Of a DNA stretch of 47,146 nt, positions 1 through 12,836 are shown piece after piece. The stretch's first letter is position 1; each line of letters starts with the position of its first letter. Where the stretch lies: the NCBI GenBank assembly GCA_023227685.1, contig JALNVG010000001.1:1-47146 (forward strand), written 5' to 3'. The translations under genes and the position numbers were made by a program. Source of the DNA: Bacteroidaceae bacterium (GTDB taxonomy: Bacteria; Bacteroidota; Bacteroidia; Bacteroidales; Bacteroidaceae). Under the pieces are notes generated by a model. The model worked only from the letters and a program-made list of their open reading frames with translations. It searched no databases and had not been told where the DNA came from.

Positions 1-27
1 AGAGTAATAAGGCTCATAATCCTTTGT

Positions 28-69
28 TATATTTGCAAGATTTATTATCTTTATGGTATAAATCTTGCA
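28..69 (+). promoter_or_regulatory. Putative transposase promoter -7 box (TATATTTG, 28..35) followed by a 5'-UTR hairpin (11-bp stem, 34..44 / 59..69)
   Basis: TAnnTTTG match 38 nt upstream of the ATG. TGCAAGATTTA and TAAATCTTGCA are perfect reverse complements, and the stem ends 3 nt before the start codon. Confidence 0.35.
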
Positions 70-72
70 GAT

Positions 73-1410
73 ATGTTAGACAAAAATAGATTAAAAGGTC
101 AGATGAATATCTTTCAACCTACCTTAAAAGAACAGTTAAATCCCCAACAAGCCCTTTACTTGTTATCGGAAAGAATTGATTGGTCCTCTCTGGAATCTGA
201 CCTTTCAAAATATTACATTAATTTTGGTCGTCCGGCCAAACCGATTCGTTTGATGGTCTCTTTGCTTATTCTCAAACAGCTGTATAACTTATCAGATGAA
301 TCAGTAGTGGCTCGCTGGACAGAGAATCCTTACTACCAATACTTTGGTGGAATGGAGCACTTTCTATGGGAGTTTCCCTGTAATCCGAGTGATTTGGTTC
401 ACTTCAGGAATAGAATAGGCCAAGACGGAATAGAGAGAATATTCAAGATGAGTGTTGACCTTCAGGGTAAAGACGGGAAGCAAGACAAACTGTGTATAGA
501 TACCACTGTTCAGGAAAAAAACATCACTTATCCCACAGATGCCAAACTACAGATGAGAATCATAGAGAAATGTCGCAAACTGGCTAACGTTTATAATCTT
601 CAGCTGCGTCAGAGCTATACACGAACAGTGAAGAGATGCCTGTTGCTTCAGCGCTTTCGCAATCATCCACGTAACAGGAAGAAGGCGATGGCAGCAGCCA
701 GAAAGATAAAAACAATCGCTTGGCGTCTGATTCGTGAATTGGAAAGATTACTTCCTCAGGGAGCTGCTCAAGATCAACTGACCCTGTTTAAGGAGGTATT
801 ATCACAGAAGAAAAAAGATAAAAACAAAATTTATTCCCTGCATGAGCCGGAAGTTAGTTGCATAGCCAAAGGCAAAGAACACAAACCTTATGAGTTTGGA
901 TCCAAAGTTTCTTTTGGCATTACCCGTACAACGAATGTAATTGTTTCGGTTGCAACATTTAAGGGGAATCCTTATGACGGAAACACATTGGAAGAAACGC
1001 TGAAAATTCATAAACGCATAATAGGAATACAAGCAAAGGAAGCATCCGTGGACCGAGGCTATCGGGGCAGAAAAAAAATAGAAGGGGTACAGATTATTAG
1101 TCCTAAAGTGTTGTCGGAGTCTGCCACAAACTATGAAAAGAAGAAAATGCGGATGCGTTTCCGACGCAGAGCGGCTATAGAACCAATCTTTGGTCATGCT
1201 AAAAATGATTACCGAATGGGAAGAAACTATCTCAAAGGCTTTGTTGGGGATATAAAGAACGCATTATTGGCCGCAATGGCCTTCAATATAAGAAGATGGA
1301 TCAGAAAAGTCTTTCTTTTGTGCCTTGATTTAATAAAAGCAATAATCGCAATGAATAAAAGTAAAGAGAATCAAAACACGACGTTCTATTCTCTTTACTT
1401 TTTCTCATGA
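73..1410 (+). CDS. IS5-family DDE transposase
   Basis: 445-aa ORF. N-terminus (RPAKPIRLMVSLLILKQLYNLSDESVV..ENPYYQYF) is typical of the InsH/DUF772 transposase domain, and the C-terminal half is DDE-type. Confidence 0.85.
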   Translation: MLDKNRLKGQMNIFQPTLKEQLNPQQALYLLSERIDWSSLESDLSKYYINFGRPAKPIRLMVSLLILKQLYNLSDESVVARWTENPYYQYFGGMEHFLWEFPCNPSDLVHFRNRIGQDGIERIFKMSVDLQGKDGKQDKLCIDTTVQEKNITYPTDAKLQMRIIEKCRKLANVYNLQLRQSYTRTVKRCLLLQRFRNHPRNRKKAMAAARKIKTIAWRLIRELERLLPQGAAQDQLTLFKEVLSQKKKDKNKIYSLHEPEVSCIAKGKEHKPYEFGSKVSFGITRTTNVIVSVATFKGNPYDGNTLEETLKIHKRIIGIQAKEASVDRGYRGRKKIEGVQIISPKVLSESATNYEKKKMRMRFRRRAAIEPIFGHAKNDYRMGRNYLKGFVGDIKNALLAAMAFNIRRWIRKVFLLCLDLIKAIIAMNKSKENQNTTFYSLYFFS

Positions 1411-1603
1411 CTTTTTAAGGACCGACTATTTAATTTAAGATATTATCATACAAGACTTTGCCATGGATTTGATGACAAAATTTGAAATACTATTTTTTAT
1501 TATCAAAACAAAAAAGTATATACAAAATAAATCTATTGCCTTTCTTCATCATATCAAAATACCAAACGAAAACTTACACACGAATTAAAAACCTCAATAC
1601 TTT

Positions 1604-1645
1604 GAAAGGAAAAAGGCAATTACAGTATAAAACCGTAATTGCCTT
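1604..1645 (-). terminator. Rho-independent terminator of rpoC
   Basis: Stem AAGGCAATTAC (1613..1623) / GTAATTGCCTT (1635..1645). On the minus strand it is followed by TTTCCTTTC, and it lies 22 nt after the rpoC stop. Confidence 0.6.
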
Positions 1646-1666
1646 ATGTTTAAAAGTTATTACTTA

Positions 1667-4600
1667 CTACTCAACTTCATTATAATCAAGAACAGTTTTT
1701 TTATTAGCAAGTATACGATCATACTCCTCTTTCGAGCCTACGATTATTTTATCATAATCGCGCAAACCAGTACCTGCGGGTATTAAATGACCACATATCA
1801 CATTTTCTTTCATTCCTTCCAATTTATCAACACGCCCATTGATAGCAGCCTCATTCAAAACTTTAGTCGTTTCTTGAAAAGAAGCAGCTGACATAAAACT
1901 AGATGTCTGCAAAGCAGCACGCGTAATACCTTGAAGAATCTGTGTAGATGTAGCTGGTAATGCTTCTCGGACTGTTACAGGCTTCAAATCACGACGTTTT
2001 AACATACTATTCTCATCACGCAACTTACGAGCCGTAACAATTTGCCCTAACTTCATGTTTTGCGAATCGCCAATATCAAATACGACTTTCTTTCCCCATA
2101 TTCGATCATTCTCATCCATAAAATCCAATTTATCAACAATCTCTTGTTCTAGGAAATGTGTATCACCAGGATCATTTATTTGAACCTTACGCATCATTTG
2201 GCGGACAATGATTTCAAAATGTTTATCATTAATTTTAACACCTTGAAGCCGATATACATCTTGTACTTCATTAACGATATATTCTTGAACGGCAGTAGGA
2301 CCCTTTATAGCCAATATATCAGAAGGAGTTATAGCACCATCTGATAACGGAGTACCAGCCCGAACATAATCATTTTCTTGTACTAAAATCTGTTTAGACA
2401 ATGCTACAAGATATTTCTTAACTTCTCCACCCTTTGATGTAACTATAATTTCACGATTACCACGTTTTATCTTGCCCATTGTTACCTCACCATCAATTTC
2501 AGAAACCACAGCAGGATTTGACGGATTACGAGCCTCAAATAATTCAGTAACTCGGGGAAGTCCACCAGTAATATCACCAGCTTTACCTACAGCCCTAGGT
2601 ATCTTAACTATAACATCACCACCTTTTACACGTTGACCATCTTCAATAATTACATGCCCACCAACAGGTAGATTATAGGTACGAATTAAATCTCCATCTT
2701 CAGCCAAGATATGAGCACTTGGAATTTTAGATTTATCTTTAGACTCTATTATTATTATCTCACGGAGACCTGTTGTTTCATCTGACTCTACCTTATATGT
2801 AACATTTTCTAAGACACCTTCAAAAGCAACTTTTCCAGTTGTTTCCGTAACGATTACAGCGTTAAAGGGATCCCACTTTGCAATAAGTTTACCCGGATCA
2901 ACAGTATCACCATCACTTGCATAAAGAGTAGAACCATAAGGTACGTTATGAGAAGAAAGTACGATACCTGTATTTACATCGACAAAACGAACTTCTGCCA
3001 AACGACTAACTACTATTTTCGCCTTCTGAGCATCATCATCAGCTATATCAACAGTACGCAATTCCTCAAAAATAAGCTTAGAATGATTCTTTGCAATAAT
3101 ACTTGCATTTGCAGCAATATTAGCAGCTGTACCACCGGCATGAAATGTACGCAAAGTCAACTGAGTTCCTGGTTCACCTATAGACTGCGCAGCAATAACG
3201 CCCACCGCCTCACCTCTTTGAACCATACGACTAGTCGCTAAGTTTCGTCCGTAACATTTAGCACAAACACCCTTCTTTGCCTCACATGTTAATACAGAAC
3301 GAATTTCCACACTTTCTATTGGGGATTCCTCAATTTTCCTAGCTATGACTTCAGTTATCTCATCTCCACCAGTAATAATTAAATCACCAGTAGTAGGATC
3401 TATAATATCATGAACTGACACACGCCCAAGTATACGCTCATACAAAGAAGAAATTACTTCATCATCATTTTTCAAAGCTGTGCAGACTAAACCTCGTAAA
3501 GTTCCACAATCTTCCTCAGTAATAATAACATCATGCGAAACATCAACTAAACGTCTTGTCAGATATCCGGCATCAGCTGTTTTCAAAGCAGTATCCGCTA
3601 AACCTTTGCGAGCTCCATGAGTTGAAATAAAATATTCCAATACAGAAAGCCCCTCTTTAAAATTAGAGAGGATAGGATTTTCTATGATCTGCCCTCCTTC
3701 GGCTCCTGCTTTTTGAGGTTTAGCCATCAATCCACGCATACCTGACAACTGACGAATTTGTTCTTTTGAACCACGCGCCCCAGAATCAAGCATCATATAA
3801 ACAGAATTAAAACCTTGATCATCAGAAGAAATAGTCTTCATTAGAATGTTTGATAATTCCGAATTAATATGAGTCCATATATCAATAACCTGATTATATC
3901 TTTCATTATTAGTAATGAAACCCATATTATAATCATTAACAACTTGCTCTACATCTTTATAGCCTCTCTGAACAAGCTCATCCTTCTCCTTCGGAATAAT
4001 GATATCTCCCAAGTTGAATGATAAACCACCTTTAAATGCCATTTTAAATCCTAAATCCTTAATACCGTCCAAGAAATCGGCTGCACGAGACATACCACAT
4101 ACTTTAATGACATTACTAATAATATCACGAAGAGATTTCTTTGAAATAATCTCGTTAATAAAACCAACCTCATCTGGTATAATTCCATTTACAATTACAC
4201 GGCCAACAGATGTATCACGCATAATATCATCTACCTCGCCTTTTTCATTTAAATCTTTAACTACGACCTTAACTTTTGCATGAATGTCTACTTTACCTAA
4301 ATGGTAAGCAATTAAAGCTTCTTCAGAGCCATAAAAAGCCATGCCTTCACCAAGAGCTCCATCCCTTAATTTCGTAATATAATACAAACCGAGGACCATG
4401 TCTTGAGCAGGCACAGTAATAGGGGCACCGTTAGCTGGGTTCAAAATATTATGAGGCTCAAACATTAACAATTGAGCTTCTAATACAGCCTCATTCCCTA
4501 AGGGTAAATGAACAGCCATTTGATCACCATCAAAATCAGCATTAAAGGCTGTACACGCAAGCGGATGTAATTGAATCGCTTTACCTTCTATCATAATCGG

Positions 4601-5950
4601 TTGAAAAGCCTGTATGCCTAGACGGTGAAGAGTCGGAGCACGATTTAAAAGGACAGGATGTCCCTTCATTACATGCTCAAGAATATCCCATATTACAGGT
4701 TCCTTACGGTCCACTATTTTTTTTGCAGACTTTACAGTCTTAACAATACCCCGCTCAATGAGTTTACGTATAATAAACGGTTTATACAATTCGGCAGCCA
4801 TCAATTTAGGAATACCACATTGACCCATTTTTAATTCAGGACCAACTACAATAACTGAACGAGCCGAATAGTCAACACGCTTACCTAATAAATTTTGACG
4901 AAACCTACCTTGCTTACCCTTTAAACTATCAGACAGAGATTTTAAAGGACGATTTGAGTCGGTTTTAACAGCACTAGACTTACGAGAATTATCAAACAAA
5001 GAATCAACAGCTTCTTGAAGCATACGTTTTTCATTACGTAAAATGACATCAGGAGCCTTTATCTCAATTAATCGCTTCAATCGATTATTACGAATAATAA
5101 CACGACGATAAAGATCATTTAAATCAGATGTAGCAAAACGACCACCATCCAATGGAACTAATGGACGCAAGTCTGGAGGAATAACAGGAACAATCTTAAC
5201 AATCATCCACTCAGGCTTATTTCGACCGCGGGAGCTTCTAAAAGATTCTACAACATGGAGACGCTTCAATGCTTCATTTTTACGTTGTTGAGAAGAATCG
5301 TTACCTGCGCGATTACGAAGTTCATAAGATAAACTATCTAAATCAAGGCGTGAAAGCAAATCATAGATAGCTTCTGCACCCATTTTAGCGATAAATTTAT
5401 TCGGGTCTGCATCCTCCAAAAATTGATTATCCTTAGGAAGAGCATCCTGAATTTCCAAATACTCATCTTCAGACAATAAATCATACTGATTAACACCATC
5501 TGCAGCCTTGACTCCAGATTGAATAACAACATATCGTTCATAATAAATGATCGAATCGAGTTTCTTTGTTGGAAGTCCAAGTAAATAACCTATTTTATTA
5601 GGCAGAGAACGGAAATACCAGATATGTGCCACAGGCACAACAAGCTGAATATGTCCCATCCTTTCACGGCGAACCTTCTTTTCCGTCACTTCAACACCAC
5701 ATCGATCACAAACGATACCCTTATAACGAATACGTTTATACTTACCACAATGACACTCATAATCTTTAACTGGACCGAAAATTCGTTCGCAAAAAAGACC
5801 ATCACGTTCAGGTTTATAAGTACGGTAATTTATAGTCTCGGGTCTTAAAACTTCACCACTTGAATTCTCAAGAATTTCTTCAGGAGAAGCCAAACCAATT
5901 GAAATTTTCGAGAAATTACTATTTACCTTATTTTCATTTCTAAAAGCCAT
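1667..5950 (-). CDS. rpoC: DNA-directed RNA polymerase subunit beta'
   Basis: 1427-aa ORF with the NADFDGD catalytic motif and a zinc-binding Cys cluster near the N-terminus. Adjacent to rpoB. Confidence 0.99.
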   Translation of the reverse strand: MAFRNENKVNSNFSKISIGLASPEEILENSSGEVLRPETINYRTYKPERDGLFCERIFGPVKDYECHCGKYKRIRYKGIVCDRCGVEVTEKKVRRERMGHIQLVVPVAHIWYFRSLPNKIGYLLGLPTKKLDSIIYYERYVVIQSGVKAADGVNQYDLLSEDEYLEIQDALPKDNQFLEDADPNKFIAKMGAEAIYDLLSRLDLDSLSYELRNRAGNDSSQQRKNEALKRLHVVESFRSSRGRNKPEWMIVKIVPVIPPDLRPLVPLDGGRFATSDLNDLYRRVIIRNNRLKRLIEIKAPDVILRNEKRMLQEAVDSLFDNSRKSSAVKTDSNRPLKSLSDSLKGKQGRFRQNLLGKRVDYSARSVIVVGPELKMGQCGIPKLMAAELYKPFIIRKLIERGIVKTVKSAKKIVDRKEPVIWDILEHVMKGHPVLLNRAPTLHRLGIQAFQPIMIEGKAIQLHPLACTAFNADFDGDQMAVHLPLGNEAVLEAQLLMFEPHNILNPANGAPITVPAQDMVLGLYYITKLRDGALGEGMAFYGSEEALIAYHLGKVDIHAKVKVVVKDLNEKGEVDDIMRDTSVGRVIVNGIIPDEVGFINEIISKKSLRDIISNVIKVCGMSRAADFLDGIKDLGFKMAFKGGLSFNLGDIIIPKEKDELVQRGYKDVEQVVNDYNMGFITNNERYNQVIDIWTHINSELSNILMKTISSDDQGFNSVYMMLDSGARGSKEQIRQLSGMRGLMAKPQKAGAEGGQIIENPILSNFKEGLSVLEYFISTHGARKGLADTALKTADAGYLTRRLVDVSHDVIITEEDCGTLRGLVCTALKNDDEVISSLYERILGRVSVHDIIDPTTGDLIITGGDEITEVIARKIEESPIESVEIRSVLTCEAKKGVCAKCYGRNLATSRMVQRGEAVGVIAAQSIGEPGTQLTLRTFHAGGTAANIAANASIIAKNHSKLIFEELRTVDIADDDAQKAKIVVSRLAEVRFVDVNTGIVLSSHNVPYGSTLYASDGDTVDPGKLIAKWDPFNAVIVTETTGKVAFEGVLENVTYKVESDETTGLREIIIIESKDKSKIPSAHILAEDGDLIRTYNLPVGGHVIIEDGQRVKGGDVIVKIPRAVGKAGDITGGLPRVTELFEARNPSNPAVVSEIDGEVTMGKIKRGNREIIVTSKGGEVKKYLVALSKQILVQENDYVRAGTPLSDGAITPSDILAIKGPTAVQEYIVNEVQDVYRLQGVKINDKHFEIIVRQMMRKVQINDPGDTHFLEQEIVDKLDFMDENDRIWGKKVVFDIGDSQNMKLGQIVTARKLRDENSMLKRRDLKPVTVREALPATSTQILQGITRAALQTSSFMSAASFQETTKVLNEAAINGRVDKLEGMKENVICGHLIPAGTGLRDYDKIIVGSKEEYDRILANKKTVLDYNEVE

Positions 5951-5986
5951 ATTCTATCTAATTCAAAATTGATACTAAAATCAAAA

Positions 5987-8900
5987 CTATTCGAGATGAA
6001 TACTTAAACACAATCCTTGAAGTTCATGCAATAATACATTCAAAGATTCTGGTATTCCAGGCTGAGGCATCGGTTCTCCCTTAACAATAGCTTCATAAGC
6101 TTTTGAGCGACCGACAACATCATCCGATTTAATCGTAAGAATTTCTTGAAGAACATGAGAAGCTCCAAAACCTTCAAGGGCCCAAACCTCCATTTCTCCA
6201 AACCTTTGGCCACCGAATTGTGCTTTACCTCCTAGAGGCTGTTGAGTTATCAATGAATAAGGTCCTATTGAACGAGCATGCATTTTATCTTCTACCATAT
6301 GACCTAATTTCAGCATATAAGTTACACCCACAGTAGCTTCTTGATCAAATTTTTCACCGGAACCACCATCAAACAACACAGTCTTACAATACTTTGGCAA
6401 TCCAGCTTTCTCCGTTAATTTATCTAATTCATCAAGAGAAACTCCATCAAAAATCGGAGTAGAATATTTCTGCCCAAGTATTTTACCGCAACGCCCCAAT
6501 ACGGCTTCAAAAATCTGACCAATATTCATACGAGAAGGCACGCCCAATGGATTTAAAACAATATCAACAGGAGTACCATTCTCAAGGAAAGGCATATCTT
6601 CTTGGCGAACAACACGTGAGACAATACCTTTATTACCATGACGACCAGCCATTTTATCACCTACTCCAATTTTACGCTTCTTAGCTATATAAACTTTAGC
6701 CATCTGAATTATTCCTGAAGGCAATTCATCACCAATGGTAATAGCGAATTTCTTACGCTTCATTTCAGCATCAAGCACTTTATATTTTTTTATAAAGTTC
6801 ATGATTAATACATGGATCATGCGATTCGTACGCTCATCTTTTGTCCAATCCGTTAACTGAACAGAAGTATAATCAAGAGCCTCCATATCAGATACTATAA
6901 ACGGGCTCCCCTTGGCTATCACCTCTGCTCCCATAAAATCTTTAACACCCTCAGATACTTTTCCTTTAGTAAGGATAACCAATTTGTTTATTAGTATTTT
7001 CTTCAGATCCGATGAACTTGATTCAAACTCATCGTCTATTTTCAGTAACCGTTCCTTTTCTACTAATTTTGAACTGCGATTTTTAACAACACGGGAAAAA
7101 AGTTTTTTATTGATAACAACTCCTTTCAAAGAAGGAGAAGCCTTCAATGAAGCATCCTTAACATCTCCGGCTTTATCCCCGAATATTGCACGCAGAAGTT
7201 TTTCTTCAGGAGAAGGATCAGATTCACCTTTCGGCGTAATTTTACCGATCATAATATCTCCTGGTTGGATACGAGCACCGATTCTAACAATACCATTCTC
7301 ATCCAAATCCTTAGTAGCATCCTCACTTACATTAGGAATATCAGAAGTTAATTCTTCCATACCCCTCTTCGTCTCTCGAACCTCAAGAGAATATTCATCA
7401 ACATGAATAGAAGTAAGTAAATCTTCTCTAACGACACGCTCATTCAACACAATTGCATCCTCATAATTGTAGCCTTTCCAAGGCATATAAGCAACAAGAA
7501 GATTTATACCTAACGCTAACTCTCCATTCTCAGTTGAATAACCTTCCGTCAAGATATCACCTTTCTTAACCTTCTGCCCTTCACTACAAATAGGCCGCAA
7601 ATCAACTGTCATACTTTGATTTGTTTTCCTAAATTTCGGAATCATATATTCCTTTACTGGTGAATCAAAACTCACAAATTCTTGGTCATCAGTACGATCA
7701 TAACGAATCCGTATCTTTGTTGCATCTACAAATTCTACCATACCATCACCCTCAGCAGTAATCTGCGTACGTGAATCTCTAGCCAACTGAGCTTCAATAC
7801 CTGTACCGACAATAGGAGCTTGGGACCTTAATAAAGGAACAGCTTGCCTCATCATATTTGAGCCCATTAATGCACGATTTGCATCATCATGTTCCAAAAA
7901 TGGAATAAGCGCAGCTGCTATAGAAGCAATCTGCTGAGGAGATACATCCATATAATCAACATCCGCAGGAGCAACTACAGGAAAATCGGCATCTTTTCGA
8001 GATTTAATTCTATCATTGACAAACTCACCTTTGTCATTTAATTGAGCATTGCCCTGTGCTATAATTTCACCTTCTTCTTCATCAGCAGTCATATAAACCA
8101 AACCATCGTCAGAAAAATCAACTTTACAATCTTTAACTTTACGATAAGGAGTCTCTATAAAGCCTAAACTATTAATTTTCGCATACACACACAACGAAGA
8201 AATCAAGCCAATATTTGGGCCCTCTGGCGTTTCTATGGGACATAAACGACCATAATGTGTATAATGCACATCACGGACTTCAAATCCTGCACGCTCACGA
8301 GAAAGACCGCCAGGGCCTAAAGCTGATATGCGGCGTTTATGGGTGATTTCTGCCAAAGGATTAGTTTGATCCATAAACTGAGATAACGCATTTGTACCGA
8401 AGAAAGAATTAATAACCGAAGAAATTGTCTTCGCATTTATCAAATCTATAGGAGTAAACACCTCATTATCGCGAACATTCATGCGTTCACGAATAGTACG
8501 AGCCATTCTAGCCAAACCAATAGCGAACTGATTAGAGAGTTGCTCACCAACAGTACGTACACGGCGATTACTCAAATGATCAATATCATCAACATCAGCT
8601 TTTGAATTAATAAGTTCAATTAAATACTTAATAATCTCAATAATATCCTCTTTCGTCAATACTCGAACAGAAATATCAGTTTTAAGATTTAATTTTTTGT
8701 TTATCTTATAGCGCCCAACAGTACCAAGATCATAACGTTTATCAGAAAAAAACAAATTATTAATAACCTCACGAGCACTAGAATCATCAGCAGGGTCGGC
8801 ATTTCGCAACTGACGATAAATATACAACACAGCCTCCTTTTCAGAATTACTAGGATCTTTCTGCAAAGTATTATATATAATAGAATAATCTGATTGAGAT

Positions 8901-9799
8901 GAATCATCCTTATGAATAAGAATAGATTGAACACCAGACTCTAGAATCATATCAATATGCTTGTCCTCAATGACTATTTCACGATCAATAATAACTTCAT
9001 TCCTCTCAATAGAAACAACTTCACCAGTATCCTCATCAACAAAATCCTCCACCCAGGTTTTAAGAACACGTGCGGCAAGTTTTCGCCCTAATACTTTTTT
9101 GAGATTAGTTTTATTAGCCTTAACTTCTTCAGCAAGATTAAATATTTCAAGAATATCTTTATCGTTTTCGAACCCTATTGCTCTAAGTAAAGTTGTAACA
9201 GGCAACTTCTTTTTACGATCAATATATGCATACATCACATTGTTAATATCCGTTGCAAATTCGATCCATGAGCCCTTAAAGGGAATAATACGAGCAGAAT
9301 ATAATTTCGTTCCATTAGCATGAAGGCTTTGGCCAAAAAAGACCCCTGGAGATCTATGTAACTGCGAAACGATAACACGCTCAGCACCGTTAATTACAAA
9401 AGTGGCCTTATCGGTCATATACGGAATAGGACCTAAAAAGACATCTTGCACCACCGTATCAAAATCCTCATGATCAGGGTCAGTACAATAAAGCTTTAGT
9501 TTAGCTTTCAGTGGTACACTATACGTTAACCCCCTCTCTATACATTCATCAATAGAATAGCGAGGTGGATCTATATAATAATCCAAAAACTCAAGAACAA
9601 AATTGTTTCTTGTATCCGTAATTGGAAAATTTTCAGCAAAAACTTTGTAAAGCCCCTCATTCTTACGGCTTTCAGGAGGAGTATCCAATTGGAGAAAGTC
9701 TTGGAATGACTTCAATTGTACTTCAAGAAAATCCGGATATACAAGTGGATTTTGGGTTGAAGCAAAATTAACTCTTTGATTTACAATATTTGAAGACAT
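5987..9799 (-). CDS. rpoB: DNA-directed RNA polymerase subunit beta
   Basis: 1270-aa ORF with conserved beta-subunit blocks ([27 protein letters not shown]-like, RHGNKGIVS). Confidence 0.99.
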   Translation of the reverse strand: MSSNIVNQRVNFASTQNPLVYPDFLEVQLKSFQDFLQLDTPPESRKNEGLYKVFAENFPITDTRNNFVLEFLDYYIDPPRYSIDECIERGLTYSVPLKAKLKLYCTDPDHEDFDTVVQDVFLGPIPYMTDKATFVINGAERVIVSQLHRSPGVFFGQSLHANGTKLYSARIIPFKGSWIEFATDINNVMYAYIDRKKKLPVTTLLRAIGFENDKDILEIFNLAEEVKANKTNLKKVLGRKLAARVLKTWVEDFVDEDTGEVVSIERNEVIIDREIVIEDKHIDMILESGVQSILIHKDDSSQSDYSIIYNTLQKDPSNSEKEAVLYIYRQLRNADPADDSSAREVINNLFFSDKRYDLGTVGRYKINKKLNLKTDISVRVLTKEDIIEIIKYLIELINSKADVDDIDHLSNRRVRTVGEQLSNQFAIGLARMARTIRERMNVRDNEVFTPIDLINAKTISSVINSFFGTNALSQFMDQTNPLAEITHKRRISALGPGGLSRERAGFEVRDVHYTHYGRLCPIETPEGPNIGLISSLCVYAKINSLGFIETPYRKVKDCKVDFSDDGLVYMTADEEEGEIIAQGNAQLNDKGEFVNDRIKSRKDADFPVVAPADVDYMDVSPQQIASIAAALIPFLEHDDANRALMGSNMMRQAVPLLRSQAPIVGTGIEAQLARDSRTQITAEGDGMVEFVDATKIRIRYDRTDDQEFVSFDSPVKEYMIPKFRKTNQSMTVDLRPICSEGQKVKKGDILTEGYSTENGELALGINLLVAYMPWKGYNYEDAIVLNERVVREDLLTSIHVDEYSLEVRETKRGMEELTSDIPNVSEDATKDLDENGIVRIGARIQPGDIMIGKITPKGESDPSPEEKLLRAIFGDKAGDVKDASLKASPSLKGVVINKKLFSRVVKNRSSKLVEKERLLKIDDEFESSSSDLKKILINKLVILTKGKVSEGVKDFMGAEVIAKGSPFIVSDMEALDYTSVQLTDWTKDERTNRMIHVLIMNFIKKYKVLDAEMKRKKFAITIGDELPSGIIQMAKVYIAKKRKIGVGDKMAGRHGNKGIVSRVVRQEDMPFLENGTPVDIVLNPLGVPSRMNIGQIFEAVLGRCGKILGQKYSTPIFDGVSLDELDKLTEKAGLPKYCKTVLFDGGSGEKFDQEATVGVTYMLKLGHMVEDKMHARSIGPYSLITQQPLGGKAQFGGQRFGEMEVWALEGFGASHVLQEILTIKSDDVVGRSKAYEAIVKGEPMPQPGIPESLNVLLHELQGLCLSIHLE

Positions 9800-9837
9800 C
9801 TGATAATGAATTAGAAGAACTTAATAAGAAATATATG

Positions 9838-9879
9838 CATAAAAAGGTTAAGAACCCCTCGTAAAAAGGATTCCTAACC
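9838..9879 (-). terminator. Attenuator-like intrinsic terminator between rplL and rpoB
   Basis: On the minus strand: GGTTAGGAATCC-loop-GGGGTTCTTAACC (about 12 bp including G-U pairs), followed by TTTTTATGCA. Confidence 0.5.
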
Positions 9880-9904
9880 GTTACACCTGATTAACAGGCA
9901 AATA

Positions 9905-10279
9905 CTATTTAAGTTCAACTTCAGCTCCAGCTTCTTCCAATGTTTTTTTCAATGATTCAGCATCATCTTTTGATAAACCTTGTTTTAAAACGCTAGGAGC
10001 AGCGTCAACTAAATCTTTAGCCTCTTTCAAGCCAAGACCACATGCTTCTTTTACTGCTTTAACAACTTTAAGTTTAGCTGCACCAGCACTCTTCAATTCT
10101 ACATCGAAAGAAGTTTTTTCTTCAGCAACTGCACCACCAGCTGCGGGACCAGTAGCAACTGCAACAGCTGCAGCAGCTGGTTCAATACCATATTCATCTT
10201 TAAGAATAGTTGCAAGTTCATTAACCTCTAATACTTTTAAGTTAACTAATTGTTCTGCAAGAGCTTTCAAATCTGCCAT
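9905..10279 (-). CDS. rplL: 50S ribosomal protein L7/L12
   Basis: 124 aa. Ala-rich hinge and a conserved C-terminal domain ([22 protein letters not shown]). Confidence 0.98.
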   Translation of the reverse strand: MADLKALAEQLVNLKVLEVNELATILKDEYGIEPAAAAVAVATGPAAGGAVAEEKTSFDVELKSAGAAKLKVVKAVKEACGLGLKEAKDLVDAAPSVLKQGLSKDDAESLKKTLEEAGAEVELK

Positions 10280-10329
10280 TTTAGTATGAATTTAATTTGT
10301 TTATTTACTAAATAAAAATATAAAAAAAA

Positions 10330-10842
10330 TTATTTTTCACTAAGAGTTTTCAAAACTCCATGTATAGTGTTTCCACTTGATTGAAGAGCTGAGACGACAT
10401 TTTTGGCAGGAGATTGCAATAGAGCAATAACATCCGCAATAAGTTCGTTTTTACTCTTTATAGAAACAAGAGCATCCAACTGATCTCCACCAATATAGAA
10501 ACCCTCTTCAACGTATGCTGCTTTTAAAGCAGGAATACCATTTTTAGCTTTATCCTTAATCAATTTTGCAGGAGCATTAGCTACGTTACAAAACATAACA
10601 GCAGTAGTACCCTTTAAACAATCATAGACAGGAGAATAATCAACATCCAAAACATCCAATGCCTTATGGAGAAGACTGTTTTTAACGACCATCAATTTAA
10701 TGTCGGACTCAAAACATTCTTTTCTTAAAACAAAAGTATCAGCAGCATTCAATGATGAAACATCAATCAAATAAAAATGACTGTATTCCTTAACAGTTGA
10801 GACAATATTCTCAATAACCTTACTTTTATCTTCCTTTCTCAT
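10330..10842 (-). CDS. rplJ: 50S ribosomal protein L10
   Basis: 170 aa, located between rplA and rplL. L10-like sequence. Confidence 0.95.
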   Translation of the reverse strand: MRKEDKSKVIENIVSTVKEYSHFYLIDVSSLNAADTFVLRKECFESDIKLMVVKNSLLHKALDVLDVDYSPVYDCLKGTTAVMFCNVANAPAKLIKDKAKNGIPALKAAYVEEGFYIGGDQLDALVSIKSKNELIADVIALLQSPAKNVVSALQSSGNTIHGVLKTLSEK

Positions 10843-10853
10843 AATTATACTTA

Positions 10854-11555
10854 TTATTTGACCTCAGCAATAGACTTCGGGTCAATCTTAATACCCGGAC
10901 TCATTGTACTTGAAAGATAAATGCTCTTAATATATGTACCCTTAGCCGAACTCGGTTTAAGCTTGATCAAAGTCGTGATGAAAAGTTTTGCATTATCGTA
11001 AATCTGTTCAGCACTAAATGAAATCTTTCCAATTGAAGTATGTACAATACCACTTTTATCAACTTTAAAATCGATTTTGCCTTGTTTTACTTCTTTAACA
11101 GCCTTAGCAACATCCATAGTAACAGTACCACTTTTAGGATTAGGCATTAATCCACGAGGACCAAGCACACGACCTAAAGGTCCTATTTTTCCCATTACGG
11201 AGGGCATAGTGATGATAACATCAACATCCGTCCATCCACCTTTGATCTTAGCAATATAATCGTCAAGACCAACATAATCAGCACCTGCTTCTTTTGCAGC
11301 AGCTTCAGCATCCGATGTACACAGTACCAAAACTCGCACATTCTTACCAGTTCCATGAGGAAGAGATACAACCCCCCTCACCATTTGGTTAGACTTGCGA
11401 GGATCAACACCTAAAGCGACATCGATATCCAACGAAGCATCAAACTTGGTATAAGAAATTTCTTTTACCAAAGATGAGGCATCAAGGAGAGAATATGCCT
11501 TCCCTGCTTCAATTTTCTCTGCAGCTAACTTCTCGTTTTTTGTAAGTTTACTCAT
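10854..11555 (-). CDS. rplA: 50S ribosomal protein L1
   Basis: 233 aa with L1 motifs ([19 protein letters not shown]). Confidence 0.98.
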   Translation of the reverse strand: MSKLTKNEKLAAEKIEAGKAYSLLDASSLVKEISYTKFDASLDIDVALGVDPRKSNQMVRGVVSLPHGTGKNVRVLVLCTSDAEAAAKEAGADYVGLDDYIAKIKGGWTDVDVIITMPSVMGKIGPLGRVLGPRGLMPNPKSGTVTMDVAKAVKEVKQGKIDFKVDKSGIVHTSIGKISFSAEQIYDNAKLFITTLIKLKPSSAKGTYIKSIYLSSTMSPGIKIDPKSIAEVK

Positions 11556-11574
11556 TTGAATTGAAGTTTAATAA

Positions 11575-12018
11575 TTAATTATTAATAGGGAACTCCCCTT
11601 TTACGGTTATGCCCATACTACGAGCTGTGCCAGCAACCATTCTCATTGCAGACTCAACTGTAAAACAATTTAAGTCGACCATTTTGTCTTGAGCAATAGA
11701 ACGCACTTGATCCCAAGTCAATTCAGCAACCTTATTACGATTAGGTTCTGCAGAACCGCTCTTCAAGCTTGCCATAGCAAGCAATTGAACAGCAACAGGA
11801 GGAGTCTTGACAACAAAATCAAAACTTTTATCTGTATAATAGGTAATAATAACAGGTAAAATTTTACCAGCACTGTCTTGAGTCTTGGCATTAAATTGCT
11901 TGCAAAACTCCATGATATTTATACCCTTTGAACCCAATGCAGGGCCTACGGGAGGAGAAGGATTTGCGGCGCCACCCTTAATCTGTAATTTGATTAATCC
12001 AGCAACTTCTTTAGCCAT
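11575..12018 (-). CDS. rplK: 50S ribosomal protein L11
   Basis: 147 aa with L11 motifs ([18 protein letters not shown]). Confidence 0.98.
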   Translation of the reverse strand: MAKEVAGLIKLQIKGGAANPSPPVGPALGSKGINIMEFCKQFNAKTQDSAGKILPVIITYYTDKSFDFVVKTPPVAVQLLAMASLKSGSAEPNRNKVAELTWDQVRSIAQDKMVDLNCFTVESAMRMVAGTARSMGITVKGEFPINN

Positions 12019-12076
12019 TTTCTATTAATTTAATATATAAATAAAAACGAAGAACATACACAGCGTAACATCTGCT

Positions 12077-12619
12077 TTATTCCTTTTCCACTTGTAAAAA
12101 GCCTAATTCGAGAGGCGTTTTCCGCCCAAAAATTTTTACCATGACTGTCAATTTCTTTTTTTCATTATTAACTTCTTCAATAATACCACTGAATCCGCTA
12201 AATGGGCCATTAGTAACTTTTACAGTATCGCCAACGATATAAGGGATATTTAATTCCTCACCTATCTCTTGAAGCTCGTCAACTTTACCTAAAATACGAT
12301 TCACCTCAGACTGCCTTAAAGCAGTTGGATGATCAAGCCCGCCCAAAAAACCTATCACATTAGGAGTCTGACTTAATAGATGAGGCGTTTCACCTACAAG
12401 AATAGCCTCTACTAAAATATACCCTGGAAGATAATTTCTATCCATTGCAACTTTTTTACCATTGCGAATTTGGTACACTTTTTCAGAGGGTATCAATACC
12501 TGAGACACATAGTCACCTAAATTACTATTTTTAATTTCGGCGTCGATATACTCTTTTGCCTTAGCCTCTTTACCACCTATAGCTCGCAAAACATACCATT
12601 TTTTCTCAATCTCAGACAT
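12077..12619 (-). CDS. nusG: Transcription termination/antitermination protein NusG
   Basis: 180 aa. NGN domain (WYVLRA) and a C-terminal KOW motif (GDTVKVTNGPFSGFSG). Confidence 0.97.
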   Translation of the reverse strand: MSEIEKKWYVLRAIGGKEAKAKEYIDAEIKNSNLGDYVSQVLIPSEKVYQIRNGKKVAMDRNYLPGYILVEAILVGETPHLLSQTPNVIGFLGGLDHPTALRQSEVNRILGKVDELQEIGEELNIPYIVGDTVKVTNGPFSGFSGIIEEVNNEKKKLTVMVKIFGRKTPLELGFLQVEKE

Positions 12620-12630
12620 TTAATACTTTT

Positions 12631-12822
12631 TTAATGAGGATAAATAATTTGTTCCATGAAATTCTGGAAACAAAAATCCATAACGAAAACAACCAATGCA
12701 ATAACTAGGGAAGCATATAACACAACTACTGCACTGTGAGTAAGTTCTGAATAAGTTGGCCACGTAACTTTATGTACAAGTTCGTCGTAAGAATCTTTAA
12801 TATAAGCTATTACTTTCTTCAT
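12631..12822 (-). CDS. secE: Preprotein translocase subunit SecE
   Basis: 63 aa with a single C-terminal TM. Conserved position upstream of nusG. Confidence 0.9.
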   Translation of the reverse strand: MKKVIAYIKDSYDELVHKVTWPTYSELTHSAVVVLYASLVIALVVFVMDFCFQNFMEQIIYPH

Positions 12823-12836
12823 ATTTCATAAATTAG

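Larger units (their letters stand above)
1..1440 (+). mobile_element. IS5-family insertion sequence; left end may be cut by the window edge and the right boundary is approximate
   Basis: Single transposase ORF with an IS5/InsH-type N-terminal domain, sitting next to core genes. I could not identify terminal inverted repeats by eye. Confidence 0.55.

Noticed and set aside
1-1480. Search for terminal inverted repeats and a target-site duplication of the IS element.
   Set aside because: I found no convincing match between 1..72 and the reverse complement of 1411..1480. The left end is probably outside the window, so the boundaries remain approximate.
1667-9799. Multiple 60-165 aa ORFs antisense to, or out of frame within, rpoC and rpoB. 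Examples are 2156..2344, 2948..3241, 3999..4283, 5338..5580, 5624..5848, 6912..7406, 8701..8934 and 8961..9323.
   Set aside because: They lie entirely inside highly conserved genes, have low-complexity Ser/Ile/Phe-rich composition, and have no start-site signals. They are typical shadow ORFs.
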